Shown here piece after piece: positions 50,331-63,309 of a DNA stretch of 64,000 bases. The translations under genes and the position numbers were made by a program. Position 1 is the stretch's first letter. The number at the start of each line of letters is the position of its first letter. The notes below the pieces were generated by a model, which was given only the letters and a program-made list of their open reading frames with translations, was not told where the DNA came from and searched no databases. Where the stretch lies: the NCBI RefSeq assembly GCF_006345805.1, contig NC_042997.1, forward strand, positions 11,036,001-11,100,000, written 5' to 3'. Source of the DNA: Octopus sinensis. Its lineage: Eukaryota.

Positions 50331-51459
50331 CACTTGGTTATTCTAGTACATGCAAGACCCTGTCCCCACTCCTCTCTCTCTTCTCTCTAACACATCAAAC
50401 ACCCCACCAGCACTACCACCACCACTATCACCATTTTCATCCCTCTTATATCATTGGTAATACTTGGCTGTTGTACTTACTTGAGAGCAGAATTGGCACA
50501 CGTATTACAGCCAATCCTCTGTAATGGTCGGCCCCACACCCCCAGAACCACTTCTATACTTTCAACCACTGCTCTCCCCCTCTCTCTCTCCTTCTCTCCC
50601 TCTCTCCTTCTCTCCCTCTCTCCTTCTCTCTCTCCTTCTCTCTCTTTCTCTCTCTCTCTCTCTGTGTCTCTGTCTGTCTGTGTGTGTCTCTCACTCTCTC
50701 TGCTATACTCTATTCTAAACAACTCTTGTCTGCTATCATTCTCAATGCCCCTCCCCCATATCTACCATCTTATGTATCCCTATATCTTCCACTCCACTAC
50801 TTCTACACCTCTCACATCATCCCACTATATTCTGCTCTATCCTTCTTCCTGAGTTACTCCTATGCCTCCCAAATTACACCTCTACATACTTGTGTTTCCC
50901 ATCATCTGCACCCTCACCCTTGTTCATAATTTACTACATTAATCTCGACCTCCAACTGTTTACTCTTCTCTCACTCTCACACATTAACAAAAGCTTCCAT
51001 TCTCTCATCCTCTCCCATGACCCACTCACCATGTCCTCTTTTATGCTCACCTTGTTCCTTGACAATTTGCTGTAACATCCCATCACTATCTTCCTTTTAT
51101 CTCCTTAAGCCATGCATCTCCTCTATAGCAAGATGCTTGTGCTTCTCCCTCTATCATACTTTAGCCTTTCAGCATCTGGCATAAAGCCACCCACCTCCAC
51201 CTTCCCCTCCCAAATCCTTCATCTTAAGAGTAGGAGCTTTTTTCCATTTCCTTTTTCTCTCTTCTTTTCTGTCTTATAGGTTACATGACAATCCCATTAG
51301 TGTTGTTGACACAAAATTTTAAAAAAGCACCCAGTACACCCTGTAAAGTGGTTGGCATAACATTGGAACTTGATGCAGCCTGTAGCTCTCAAATAGTGAG
51401 AGTCAAATCATCCAATGCATGCTAGCATGGAAAGTGGGCATTAAATGATGATGTTGTTG

Positions 51460-51557
51460 ATGGTGGTGGTGGTGGCAGTGGTGGTGGTGGTGGTGGTGGT
51501 GGTGGTGGTGGTGGTTGTGGCGGTGGTGGTGGCAGCGGTGGTGGTGGTGGTGGTGGT
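51460..51557 (+). repeat. (GGT)n microsatellite
   Basis: About 30 near-pure GGT units in tubulin intron 2. Confidence 0.95.
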
Positions 51558-53638
51558 GATGATGATGATGAAATATGCTTTACATGCATGAATATATCTA
51601 TTTTGCCAATTGTAAATTACTAATGATTACCACAAGGCTTTTGATTCCTTTCTCCTACTACAAGTAGAAATTTCAATTCAGTAAGCATTTTTGCATGACA
51701 TTCAGCATATTAACACCTACATGATGTATCTTTATCCATGCCATTGGTTTATCCAAGTCATTTCCTTTAGCTCAATTGTAATTATTATTATGAAAATTAC
51801 TTCTGGCCAAAAGTCTTCATAACACTTTTTCTCTATGTAAAAACTATTGTCTTTTGATCATGCAGCTTCATACTGGCTGTGTTCTGCTGATGAGGTGCAA
51901 TAAGACTGAAACATTTCATGTCATTACTGCCCCTGCTAACAACAATCAGATTATCTCTAACGCACGAGGATTAAATTTCTCAGAATGAATTCTAAATATT
52001 CTTGAAACTATGTTTCCTTATGTGTCATAAGCAATTGTAGCCTGATTTGTTTTCAATCTCCAACTAAGACAGAAATTTCAATTCATTAAGAATTGTTCAT
52101 GTACGTCATTCAGTATTCCAACATTCACATGATTTGTTGGCAGAGCAAAAAGCTGGCCTCCGTTCCAATGGAACGTAAAAAACACCATTCAAGCGTGATC
52201 GTTACCTGCATCGCCTTACTGGCACTTGTGCCAGTGGCATGTGAAAAAACATTCGAGCGAGGTCATTGCCAGTGCCACTGGACTGGCTCCTGTGCAGGTG
52301 GCACATAAAAAGCACCATTTGAGCGTGGCCGTTGCCAGTACCACCTGACTGGCCCTCGTGCCAGTGGCACGTAAAAACACCCACTACACTCTCGGAGTGG
52401 TTGGCGTTAGGAAGGGCATCCAGCTGTAGAAACTCTGCCAGATCAGATTGGAGTCTGTTGCAACCATCTGGTTCACCAGACCTCAGTCAAATCATCCAAC
52501 TCATGCTAAGCATGGAAAGCGGATGTTAAACGATGATGATGATATACATGTCACAACTTGTTATGGCATACAGTTTGTCTTGTATGACTCTTATTTGTAC
52601 ATAAGATGTTGGAACTGCTCAAAGGACTTGATAATTGGTGAAAATTTATATTTTCTTGAATAAAACAAACTATCTGAAACTTTGAGATCTATTCTGGAAA
52701 TACAGTTTTACTTAATGGTTAGAATTGTTTTAAAACTGTAAAAACTCTTTGATGAATATATAAAATAAGACAGAATAATAAATATAGTTTGATTCACCAG
52801 CATGATGCAGCATACTCCAAACTTTGACCGCATTGACATATTGTTTCACTCTGCTCTTCAGAACTAGATGGTCTCTAACCATGTGCACCCTGGTCCACCC
52901 AGGTCCACTAGACTTATTATTGACATTTGTCTCTCCTCTTTACATCACTCATATTGCATTTATTCTCTGTGCCTTACAACAGATGCTCCAAACTTTCTTT
53001 TCAGAGTGTCATCCTCTGAAATATACATCATTTGCATCAACTTTACTGGTTTTAGATGGTCTTCAAAGGCCATGTACCTGCTTCTTCCCCCAGACCAAAT
53101 CATTGCAAAAAAAGTAAAAATTCGATTTTCTGTTCCATTGTGCCTTTGATTTCATGTAGGAAAAGGCAACCAGTAGCCATACTAATGTATCTTCTCAATA
53201 GACTACACTATTGTAAGAAAGAAGAGGCAGCCAGTATCAACCAGTTCTGTACATAAATATCTGTTTATGTTTCATTATAAACTTATAAAGCACATGTATG
53301 GCTAAGTTGACAGAACACCAGACAATCAGCTGAAAGACTGACATTTCATGTCCTACACCTGTGTTGTGGCTTCAAACAAAACATTCAACTCTCAAGTAGC
53401 CCAGTCTACTTAGTTTCACTAAACGACAGTGTAAACACTGGAAAACTCATAAGAGCTTTATTAGTTTGTAGTGCAAAATTCAACACTGTCTATGGGTATG
53501 GGAGTACAGCTTGAAAAAAAAGGCATGCTCTGCTAAGCTGATTTGGACATACTACATGAAGATATAGTGTTCAGTGAACTATTAGGTTATGAGATTCACT
53601 GTGTAACTTTATAGAGTGGAACCCAGTTACAAAGAAAG

Positions 53639-53677
<39 letters not shown>

Positions 53678-54234
53678 GTTAGGAAGGGCATCCAGCTGTA
53701 GAAACATTGCCAGATAAGACTGGAGCCTGGTGCAGCCTTCTGGCTTCCCAGATCCCCGGTCGAACCGTCCAACCCATGCTAGCATGGAGAACGGACGTTA
53801 AACGATGATGATGATGATGATGATATATGATGATATATATATATATATATACTGAACAAATCGCCCCCGAAATTTGGGGGGAGGGGGCCAGTCAATTAGA
53901 TCGACCCCAGTATGCAACTGGTACTTTATTGACCCCGAAAGGATGAAAGGCAAAGTTGACCTTGACGGAATTTGAACTCAGGATGTAAAGACAGACAAAA
54001 TACTGCTAAGCATTTTGCTCGGTGTGCTAACATTTCTGCCAGCTTACCGCCTTCTCATTCAAGTCACATTGCTAGGTAGAGTACAGTTGACAATAAATTA
54101 GGTCAGTATCTGATGCTATGAAAGTAGGGTAAAGGAAGAAGCTGAGGAGTTGGAAAAGGACAAGGAGGAGAAAGTAGTGACGATAATGAAAATGTTAATG
54201 ATGACATGGCCATAGCAATGAGAAGATGCTGCAG

Positions 54235-54271
<37 letters not shown>

Positions 54272-54305
54272 TTATAATAATAATAACAACAACAATAATA
54301 ATAAC

Positions 54306-54858
54306 TGCCCTGATGCAGTACCAGGCAGTGGCTCTCATGGCTCCTGATCTTAACTGATTGGAAGTGTTACCATGTATATTGTTTTGTCTTGGTATAAAAG
54401 ATGGGCTAGAGCAAATATTCTGTTCAATACCACAGATTTGCTTGTCAGTTGTTTGACCGTAACCAGTTGAGCATGTCCCTTAGTGGCTGACAACATGTGC
54501 ATCTCTGATCACGACCAGAAGTAGTGGGGGAGCATCATAGCCGTGTGTTGAGAGGGATTCTTTTGGGTTTGAATAATTCACCTCTGGAAACACGGGTGAT
54601 TCGTTCATCATCCTTAAACAACCCTTATTCGGGGACATTTTGAGCGGGATGGATTACTCGACCAGAAGATTATTCTAACTGGGCCCTACCTGCAAGGTCA
54701 TGTGCTGTTTATCTTGATATGAGATCACCATGTCGTGCACATATGGTCGTGATGCATGTGCCTGGTGTACCTTTATCAGACGGGTAGTCATGATGGGTAT
54801 ATTGGGCTTCATATATTTTACCTCAGTGTCACTTTGATGGCATGTACTGCTCTCTCAC
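54306..54858. mobile_element. Unclassified 553-bp element lying between two (TAA)n tracts in tubulin intron 2
   Basis: More GC/CpG-rich than its flanks, sharply bounded by (TAA)n at about 54234-54305 and 54859-54897; no recognisable ORF. Confidence 0.5.
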
Positions 54859-54924
54859 ATAATAATAATAATAATATAATAATAATAATAATAATAAAGG
54901 GACAGAACAAAGACCAATACTTAC

Positions 54925-55147
54925 CAATTACAGTAGGTTCCAAATCTATGAATATGGCACGAGGTACATGCATTTTTTTCTCTGTTTCACAAAAGAAAGT
55001 GTTACAAGAGTCATCTGTATTCTCAGCATTTTGTTCTTCAGACTTTTTCCCATCAGGTTCAATCCCGTGCTCCAGACAATACAACTCCCAGCATGAGTTG
55101 CCCATTTGCACACCAGCCTGTCCAACATGGATGCTGATACATTCTCG
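54925..55147 (-). CDS. TUBA: Alpha-tubulin, internal coding exon (codons 2-76)
   Basis: [33 protein letters not shown]...[15 protein letters not shown]; acceptor ttttctag|CGA and donor G|gtaagt; 223 nt. With an ATG exon and the last exon: 3+223+1133=1359 nt = 452 aa plus stop. Introns after codon 1 and within codon 76 match known conserved alpha-tubulin positions. Confidence 0.97.
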
Positions 55148-55259
55148 CTAGAAAATGAAACGACAAAAATTATAATTTAAGAACATGAAATGGAAGATAT
55201 TCTAGTTTAAGTATACTTTCAATTTAAGTACATTAGTTTCATGTCCCTTACAGGATTAC

Positions 55260-55262
55260 CAT
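55260..55262 (-). CDS. TUBA: Candidate ATG-only first coding exon of alpha-tubulin (alternative at 55347-55349)
   Basis: Minus strand ATG|gtaatc, giving a 112-nt intron. A second candidate ATG|gtaatt at 55349-55347 gives a 199-nt intron. Cannot be resolved without RNA data, and the true exon could lie further upstream. Confidence 0.4.
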
Positions 55263-56685
55263 ATAATTTTGTTTGATTATTCACTGGTGGCTAGCAATAA
55301 TGAATAATGGTAATACAAAATTGAATGTAAATGTACGTAGAATTACCATATCTCAACAGACACTGCATTTATTATTTGATTTATCTTTTATCGTTTATCT
55401 GTTTCAATCATTAGGCTGTGGCCATGCTGGGGCACTGCCTCGAAGAACTTTTACCTGAATGACTTAATCCCAAAACTTTCTTTTTTTTTTTTAGCCTGGT
55501 ACTTATTCTCATTTTGCCCAACCACTAAGTTATGGGGATATAAACTTACCAACACTGGTTGTCAAGCGGTGGTGAGAGACAAACACAGAAACAAAGACAC
55601 ACACACATATATAGGACAAGCTTCTTTCAGTTTCTGTCTACTAAATCCACTTACAAGGCTTTGGTTAGCCCGGTCTGGGAATCGAAACCGCGATTCTACA
55701 ACTGCGAGTCTGCTGTCCTAACCATCGGACCATTGCGCCTCCACACTTTTGCTAGAAATAAAAGCAATAAATCTATTGCTGGCAGATTCAGAGACATTAT
55801 CTCTTTTTAGTATATGACTGACTGTTGCATATTTCTATAGATTGGAATAGATGTCCATAAACATAAAAATGCTGAAGCAAGAAGCCATACCAGGTTCCAT
55901 AGTCTGTTTTGGCATGGTTTCTACAGCTGGATGCCCTTCTTAATGCCAGCCACTATACAGAGTGTGCTGATTGTTTTTATGTGGCACTAGCACCAGTGCT
56001 TTTTTTACATGGCACCATCACCAGTGCTTTCTTCTTGGCACCAGCACTGACAACACCCCCCTCAACAGGCAGTGGGAAGTAGTATTGAGGGAGCATGGCT
56101 TTGTGCCTATTGAGAGATTTAAGGTACAGAGGGAACAGATATAGGTGACTTGCTGCAGAGTAGATACATGGCTATCCCAGTTTCAAAACACAGAGTCCAT
56201 GAATAGAGACCTTGGAAACATCCTTTGTTTCCTTCAACAGCATGACTTACACTTGAACAACAAAACTAAACCCTTCAAACTTGCTCCAAATTCTAGGCTT
56301 CACAACCTCTGAAGATTTCTGATAGCAAAACTACATCCAAAACTAGTATTCCACTATAAAGCCTGGAAATAATTCAGCTCTGATCAGTTGCCAACTCTCA
56401 GCAAAGCTTACATTCAACCTTAGAATTATAGAGTATTACTTAAATATCTGGGGAAGTCCAGCTACACCTCTTCTCTACATAAATATCTAGTAATTATATA
56501 TTTAATGTTAATATCTGAAATGATCTGATCAAAATGTTTCCAATGAATTATTAAAGCAACTAAACCAGGCTTCCAGACATGTGATTTCTCTGTCTCACTT
56601 TTACACACACTTGTGTGTGTGTATGTGTATATATATGTGTGCATACACATACACACACTCACACACACAAACACACATATATATA

Positions 56686-57067
56686 TCTCTCTATATATAA
56701 ACGGCAGTTTGTCTGTGTGTGTTTCTGTGTGTCTGTTAGGTTGTACCCTCACCCTGACCACGGCTTTCAACCGATTCTGATGAAACTTGACACACACATA
56801 GCCCAATGTCATAATTCAAAACTAACGCAGCGAAAATTTTGAAAAGTTCCCCCAGTTCTGAAATAAATCGATAAATTCGACATGGGGTCGAGAATCAGAA
56901 ACACAAACCACAGACTGTCTAGGGGACGCAACTCCACCTTTTTAACTCTCAAAATAAATTTACCATAATTTTTTCCATTTTTTTGCTATTTTTTGGCTAT
57001 AACTCTCTAAAAATGCTTTATAGTTATTTCCCTTACAAACCCGAGCAACGCTGGGCAATACTGCTAG
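56686..57067 (+). mobile_element. Non-autonomous Helitron
   Basis: A|TCTCTC start; CCCGAGCAACGCTGGG hairpin, then CTAG|T. Confidence 0.8.
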
Positions 57068-59205
57068 TATATATATATATACATACACACATGTGCAAGT
57101 GTATGTGTATATATGTATATGTATATATATATATAGTCTCTCTCTCTTTACTCTTTTACTCGTTTCAGTCATTTGACTGCGGCGATGCTTGAGCACCGCC
57201 TTTAGTCAAGCAACTCGACCCCGGGACTTATTCTTTGTAAGCCTAGTACTTATTCTATCGGTCTCTTTTGCCGAACCGCTAAGTGACGGGGACGTAAACA
57301 CACCAGCATCGGTTGTCAAGCAATTCTAGGGGGACAAACACGGACACACACATACATATATATATACATATATACGACAGGCTTCTTTCAGTTTCCGCCT
57401 ACCAAATCCACTCACAAGGCATTGGTCGGCCCGGGGCTATAGCAGAAGACACTTGCCCAAGATGCCACGCAGTGGGACTGAACCCGGAACCATGTGGTTG
57501 GTTTGCAAGCTACTTACCACACAGCCACTCCTGCACCTATTAATGTTTGTTTTTATGTAAAGTTATATAAAAAAAAGACAATTGAACTTTAAATTTAAGG
57601 ACTACTAGATACTTTTTAGAAGAGTGTCATATTCATTAATTGACAGTGAACCCAAGGTTTTGGCTTGCAAGCTGTCAATAGAGTGTCGGGTAGTGGCTAG
57701 GAAACTTTCAACAGTTTGCACCTTCATCTTGTACTGTTGGAGCATCAGTTTGTATATCCATAGCTTTCTGCAGCCAATACCAATGCTGATGAAGATTATT
57801 CTCCATTGCTTTCCTCCATCTTTTGTAAAAAGCTTCAATGGTTAGCTTAAATCCTGAGACAAGAGCTGCAAGCACAGAGGTTGCAATGAAAGTAAGAAAC
57901 AGTTTAAAAAAGAACTGACATGACACTTATGAATGTCCATGCTTATACATTGCTTTTGTATTCTTGAACATTTGTAATTTTTATTCCTTTTCCTTCCACC
58001 CTGCTCTTTTTTCTTCTTCTTTTTTTAACTTTTGTTATTTTCTTTTGTTTCTTTTTGTATCTTTGTGTTTACCTATATCTTTATTTTTTGTTGTTGTTTA
58101 ATTTTGGTACACGTCAAATTCTTCAGTTTCATTTTTTCCCTCTTTAATGTTTTAATGCCCCAAACTTTTCTATTATCGCACTTCTGCTACACAATGGCTT
58201 GGCTGGATGTTGCATTGACAGTCTGTCGAAGGGGAGGAAAAACAAAGTAAAATTAATTAAAAAGTTTTGAGCCATGGAGTGGCGCAGGAGTGGCTGTGTG
58301 GTAAGTAGCTTGCTAACCAACCACATGGTTCCGGGTTCAGTCCCACTGCATGGCATCTTGGACAAGTGTCTTCTGCTATAGCCCCAGGCCGACCAATGCC
58401 TTGTGAGTGAATTTGGTAGATGGAAACTGAAAAAAGCCTGTCGTATATATGTATATATATATATGTATGTGTGTGTGTGTGTGTTTGTGTGTCTGTGTTT
58501 GTCCCCCTGGCATTGCTTGACAACCGATGCTGGTGTGTTTACGTCCCCGTCACTTAGCGGTTCGGCAAAAGAGACCGATAGAATAAGTACTAGGCTTCCA
58601 AAGAATAAGTCCCGGGGTCGATTTGCTCGACTAAAGGCAGTGCTCCAGCAAATGACTGAAACAAGTAAAAGAGTAAAAGAGTAAAGAGTATGTGACGAGT
58701 AACCAGGAGACCAACATGGTTAAACAATTTTGTCACACCCTACCAGCTTTTGTCCTCTCGCTTCCTACCTCCTCCATCACATTCTAGGGAAGTTAATTCG
58801 CATCCCCCCCCCTATTTCTCCCCAACCCCTTCCACCATCAGATTCGGCTGGTATTAGGCCTGATCATCCCTTTATTCACCCTACAACTCCCATAATAGCC
58901 AGTCTACCGCCATCACCTCCTGCACCCCCAGCCAAACCCCACTGCCAGTATTAACACTCTTCATCCAGCTTTCCTCTCTACCTCCATCACTAACCTTCCC
59001 CACCTCCCCTTATTCATCCCAACACTCCTGTTATAGCTAGCCTGCCTGCATCACCTCCTGCACCCCAATCGAATCCCACCACCAGAGTTAATGTTGTTCA
59101 CTCAGCTACCCCCTCTACCGCCAGTCCCATCCTTCCCCCCCCCCCTCACCATCTGATCCTAATTCTAATGCTGACCCCAATGATAGTGCCATTTCATCTC
59201 CAAGC

Positions 59206-59346
59206 TGTGTTCTATGCACCCGTACAAGTTGCTATTTGAAGACCATCAAATACCACTTGTGTAGTCTAAGTTACCACCGGAGCTGCCTTGGCATAACTAA
59301 GGTTCAAGTCAATAATTTTTCTAACTGGACATGCAACTAATGTCAC
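59206..59346 (+). pseudogene. Decayed PHD-finger-like coding fragment after a Pro-rich stretch, probably a LINE 5' remnant
   Basis: CVLC...(Y)HLC...YHRSC...WTCN*C spacing, with one lost Cys and an internal stop. Confidence 0.45.
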
Positions 59347-60576
59347 TTCAGCTCTGACATCCTTAGTAGGACAGAACCTTGCTCTGAAGTCCACCCACCT
59401 CTAACCCTAACCCTAAAACAGATTGAAATGCAATAGATCGATACTAGGGTCATAATTATGGGTGACAATTTCATATGACACCACTAGAAAAAACTACCGT
59501 TCAAACCGAAAGGATCCTGAAAATAAAATAGTTGTATAAAATAACACGTTTAGAAGGAGTGTGAAATAACATGGCTTCAGCCATAACCATTTTGGTTTTC
59601 AGGGCTTTTAGCAGACTTCTTTCTGCTGCAAGTACTCAGCCCACATCTCCGCTCTGAGGATAACTCAGTTATTTGATGTTTGGCTTCGCAAGCTCTGTAC
59701 AGAATAATGGATGCTCTGTGTTTTTCATTCTGTAACTAAGGTATTAATGATGATAATGGTAATGAAAGCTGTGAAATAAAAGAAACAGGAGAATAACAGA
59801 GAATACCATATTCATTTTACGACCCTTTACAAAATCCGACGATTACGACTTTACCTTTCATCCTTCGGCAAAATCGGTAAGTCATATAATCGTATTGACC
59901 TGTGCTAATGTTCATTCACCGTGGATTATGGCATTGAGTCAAAGATAAAAATTATTGATCATGATGATGGTGCAAGGGAAGCAACTGTAAAAGATTATGT
60001 ATTACAATTATTTCCCTTACACTATGACTAAGTTGTCTTTATGTTTTTTTGTTATTTTTCTGCATTATCCGCACTAAATTTTCGGAACAAAAATTAGCAA
60101 AAGGAAGTAATTAAAATGGGCCGATGGCATGAATTTGTATAAATGACTTTTGGAGTCTAAGACCCAAATCCAAACCCATCTATATCGTCTTTTATTTTCT
60201 AAAATTTTTTGTTTCGGAAACCTTATTGGAGTAAATGTTTTTAAATTTTAAACACTCTGAACGGGAGTCGTTGCCCGCTAATCGGATAATTAATCGAAGT
60301 TTTTTAACCAACTGTTTTACATATGAAACTCTTCCTTCTATTACTATCATCACCAGTTCAGTTGGCGGTAGGCTGGACGAGTGAATTGTAATGGATTGTT
60401 AAATAATGAAACCTATCAATTTATCATTCATCCTAAGCTATTGAAAAGGCCATCTTGGGTCAATTTCGCAACGACACTAGATGCAAATAAACTGTGACTG
60501 TGTATTCATTTTCATTGAAATCTCAATAAAATGAAAATTACCTTTATTCCTATGATATCTATAAAATAAATACCTG

Positions 60577-60804
60577 TTTCTTTACTACCCACAATGGGCT
60601 AAACACAGAAGGGACAAACAAGGACAGACAAACGGATTAAGTCGACTATATCGACCCCAGTGCGTAACTGGTACTTAATTTAGAGACCCCGAAAGGATGA
60701 AAGGCAAAGTCCACCTCGGCGGAATTTGAACTCAGAACGCAGCGGCGGACGAAATACCACAAAGCATTTTGCCCGACATGTTAACGTTTCTGCCAGCTCG
60801 CCGC
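60577..60804 (-). mobile_element. tRNA-derived SINE family S2; other copies 7140-7342(-), 25628-25836(-), 37445-37657(-), 53865-54052(-), 11962-12115(+), 12150-12295(+)
   Basis: B-box GAGTTCAAATTCC followed by TTCATCCTTTCGGGGTCGATAAA...GTACCAG, which from memory resembles the Meta/MESC central domain. Confidence 0.8.
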
Positions 60805-61994
60805 GAAATAAATACCAGTCTCGATATGACAGACGATCAATGACATCTGTAACATACTTCGAGATGGAAGTGGCTGCCTAAACGACTGTCACTGGCTATT
60901 CTCCACGGCCATACCACAGCAGTCATTACTGCGTTGCACGACTGAATACACCATTCGTTCTGGAGTATGTGGTCCATCGCCTCTCCTTCTCCAGCTTCTG
61001 TTGCTTTACCCCCAACTCACCCCTTTTCCTTTCTTTTCCCTGTTTCTTTGTATTTAAATGTTATGAGTAAATAGAGATTATTTTGTCTTTCAATTGTGTG
61101 TCCAGTTTTCACGATTTGCATTTGATCTCAATAATTATCTCTTGGATTCTAAACAAATGAAGCGAACTTTTTTTCAAAGTTAATTGTTTTGGAAAACTCT
61201 CTTGTGACTACCTAACTATTTATCAACTATTAGTACCCGTGAAAATTGCCCGGTTATTTTGAAAACTGTAAGATTGTTGAAATTATGTAAATTCCACAGC
61301 TTATTGAAGCTTCTTTCACTGAGATTGTGGGTACAAGCTCAGTCAAAAGACATTTTTTCGATATGAAAATAAGAATTAGTAAATGCAGTTTAAGATTTGT
61401 TATAACGTTACCAACACTGCCGTATCGTGTCAGAATAATACTATAGATAGATTATTTTTTCGATTGCCCATAGCTAAGATGGATTGTTGAAAGCGTTACA
61501 TCTATAGGCCATGAACAAACCGTAGAAGAATATCATGTATATATTTTCCTCGTAAGCACTGGAGTCATATGTTTTAGAACAACCGAAGGATTCAATTTCA
61601 ATTATAGATGTTCACTTTTAGGCAAGATGAAAGGTAAAGTTGACTTCAGAGAGATGTTAATACAAGCAGAAAATACCATAAGCTAGACACAGTAAAATAT
61701 CGGACTCGGGTTTATGAGAGTATCATCAATTATTCTTCAAACTAATGAGGGAGTTTCTATGAGGTGGTACGAACTGGTAAAGGAACTTTTAATTCAGTAG
61801 TGGTAAGACAATCGCTCGTGGGTGAAGTTTTGCTCACGCTGCCGAGAGGATCATGGAAAGGATCTTTTCTGCTTGGCTATACTTCGTAACTATGCAAAAT
61901 CAGAAATTACTCATTTTCCCCCAGTTACCAATTTTCCTCCACCCATATATATATATATATATATATATACTCTTTAATTGTGGGTTAACAAGAT

Positions 61995-62191
61995 AACCAA
62001 TGGTTTCATGCGAATACATCTTTACAATTGTTCAAGTGTGTAACAAGGAAGTGCTGATACTCGTCTCCATTTTGAATGAGAATACACGAAGTTACTTCAT
62101 GTATTCGCTTACAAAATGGATGAGAATGCAAACACTTCCATGTGGCACACTTGAATAATTGTAAAGACGTCTTTGCCTGAAACCATTGGTT
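61995..62191. repeat. Old palindromic MITE, probably TA-flanked
   Basis: Imperfect arms of about 97 bp centred on 62093; ACCAATGG...CCATTGGT ends. Confidence 0.7.
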
Positions 62192-63070
62192 AGCGTATTC
62201 GTACGTGCGTGTGTATTCTTGCATCTTTGATATATTTTTGCTATGTAAAAAGCTGCTTTAAATAATATTTTTTCCATTGTTTTCATAATTTTTTCTTCCT
62301 GGCAATGAAAATAGCCAATAAATTTAAATCCTAACTGGATGCTTTACAGTTTGCAGTTCGATATTTTATATCAGGATCGATTTTATTTTTTTTATCTCGC
62401 TGGGATCTATGAAACAAGTACTAATAAAATGTTATAAGTAGATTTATTTGTCTATATACATCCCCCTAAAAACATTGACCTTGTATCTCCTTCTCAGAAA
62501 TCAATATCTTAACAAACATTTTATCTAAAATACAACTATTACTACTGTAGAGTGGATTTCAAGTTGCATTTTGTCGATGGAACATCGCGGCATAATATTA
62601 AAAGAAATTCTATCGTAAAGTATAGAGTAAACATAGATTTCTGTAACAAGCCAATTTTCATACGAGTAATTACAATGTTTTAATGAGTATATTACTGGTA
62701 TTGTGTATTTATCAGTTCGAAGAATCTTTTGAGGGTTGGGTAAAATGGCTGTTGCTCATCTGAGTTGAATTGCTGCCGATATCAACTCTGCTTTTGTTCT
62801 TTTGAGTATCGATAAAGTACTAGTGAAGTACTGAAGTCGAGTTCTATAATACATCCTAAATATAAATGGAATTATAATTGAAGATAAGAGCATGAAAGCT
62901 AAAGTGAACCCAACAGGACTTGAAATGATAACAACGAGGGATAGAATTAAATATAAGTTTCTTTTGACAAGAATTAATATTAGTCTGGTGTTCTATTGTT
63001 TCTGTCCATTCTGTTGCCTTATATAAATTTTAATTTAACATTAAATAGCTTGTCGGATTTTAGTTAAGAG

Positions 63071-63309
63071 CAGTGGTTCTTCTCAACCATTTTTACCTAT
63101 GGACAGACCCTTTGATTCCTGTTTTACTCGGATAGACCCCTATAAGTCCTATTATATTTTTATAATTAAATATCATTAGGAATTGTATAAAAAAAATAGT
63201 TAAAATATTTTGTGTATCGTAGAAGTGTAACCGATTTATAGCACATAAAATTCTCACAAAATCTTATATGGGCCCGTAAAGGTCGTGTGGGTCCCCTTGA
63301 GAACCACTG
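63071..63309. mobile_element. hAT (Charlie-like) MITE
   Basis: TIR CAGTGGTTCT..CAA / TTGAGAACCACTG; flanks GTTAAGAG/GTTTAGGG. Confidence 0.75.

Noticed and set aside
51886-51912. CTGATGA-GGT...ACT-GAAAC hammerhead-like string
   Set aside because: Weak stem II, and no stem I partner or valid helix III could be found.
59401-59416. (CCCTAA)-like telomeric repeats (also about 22730-22746)
   Set aside because: Only 2-3 units, probably part of interspersed repeats; not an interstitial telomere.
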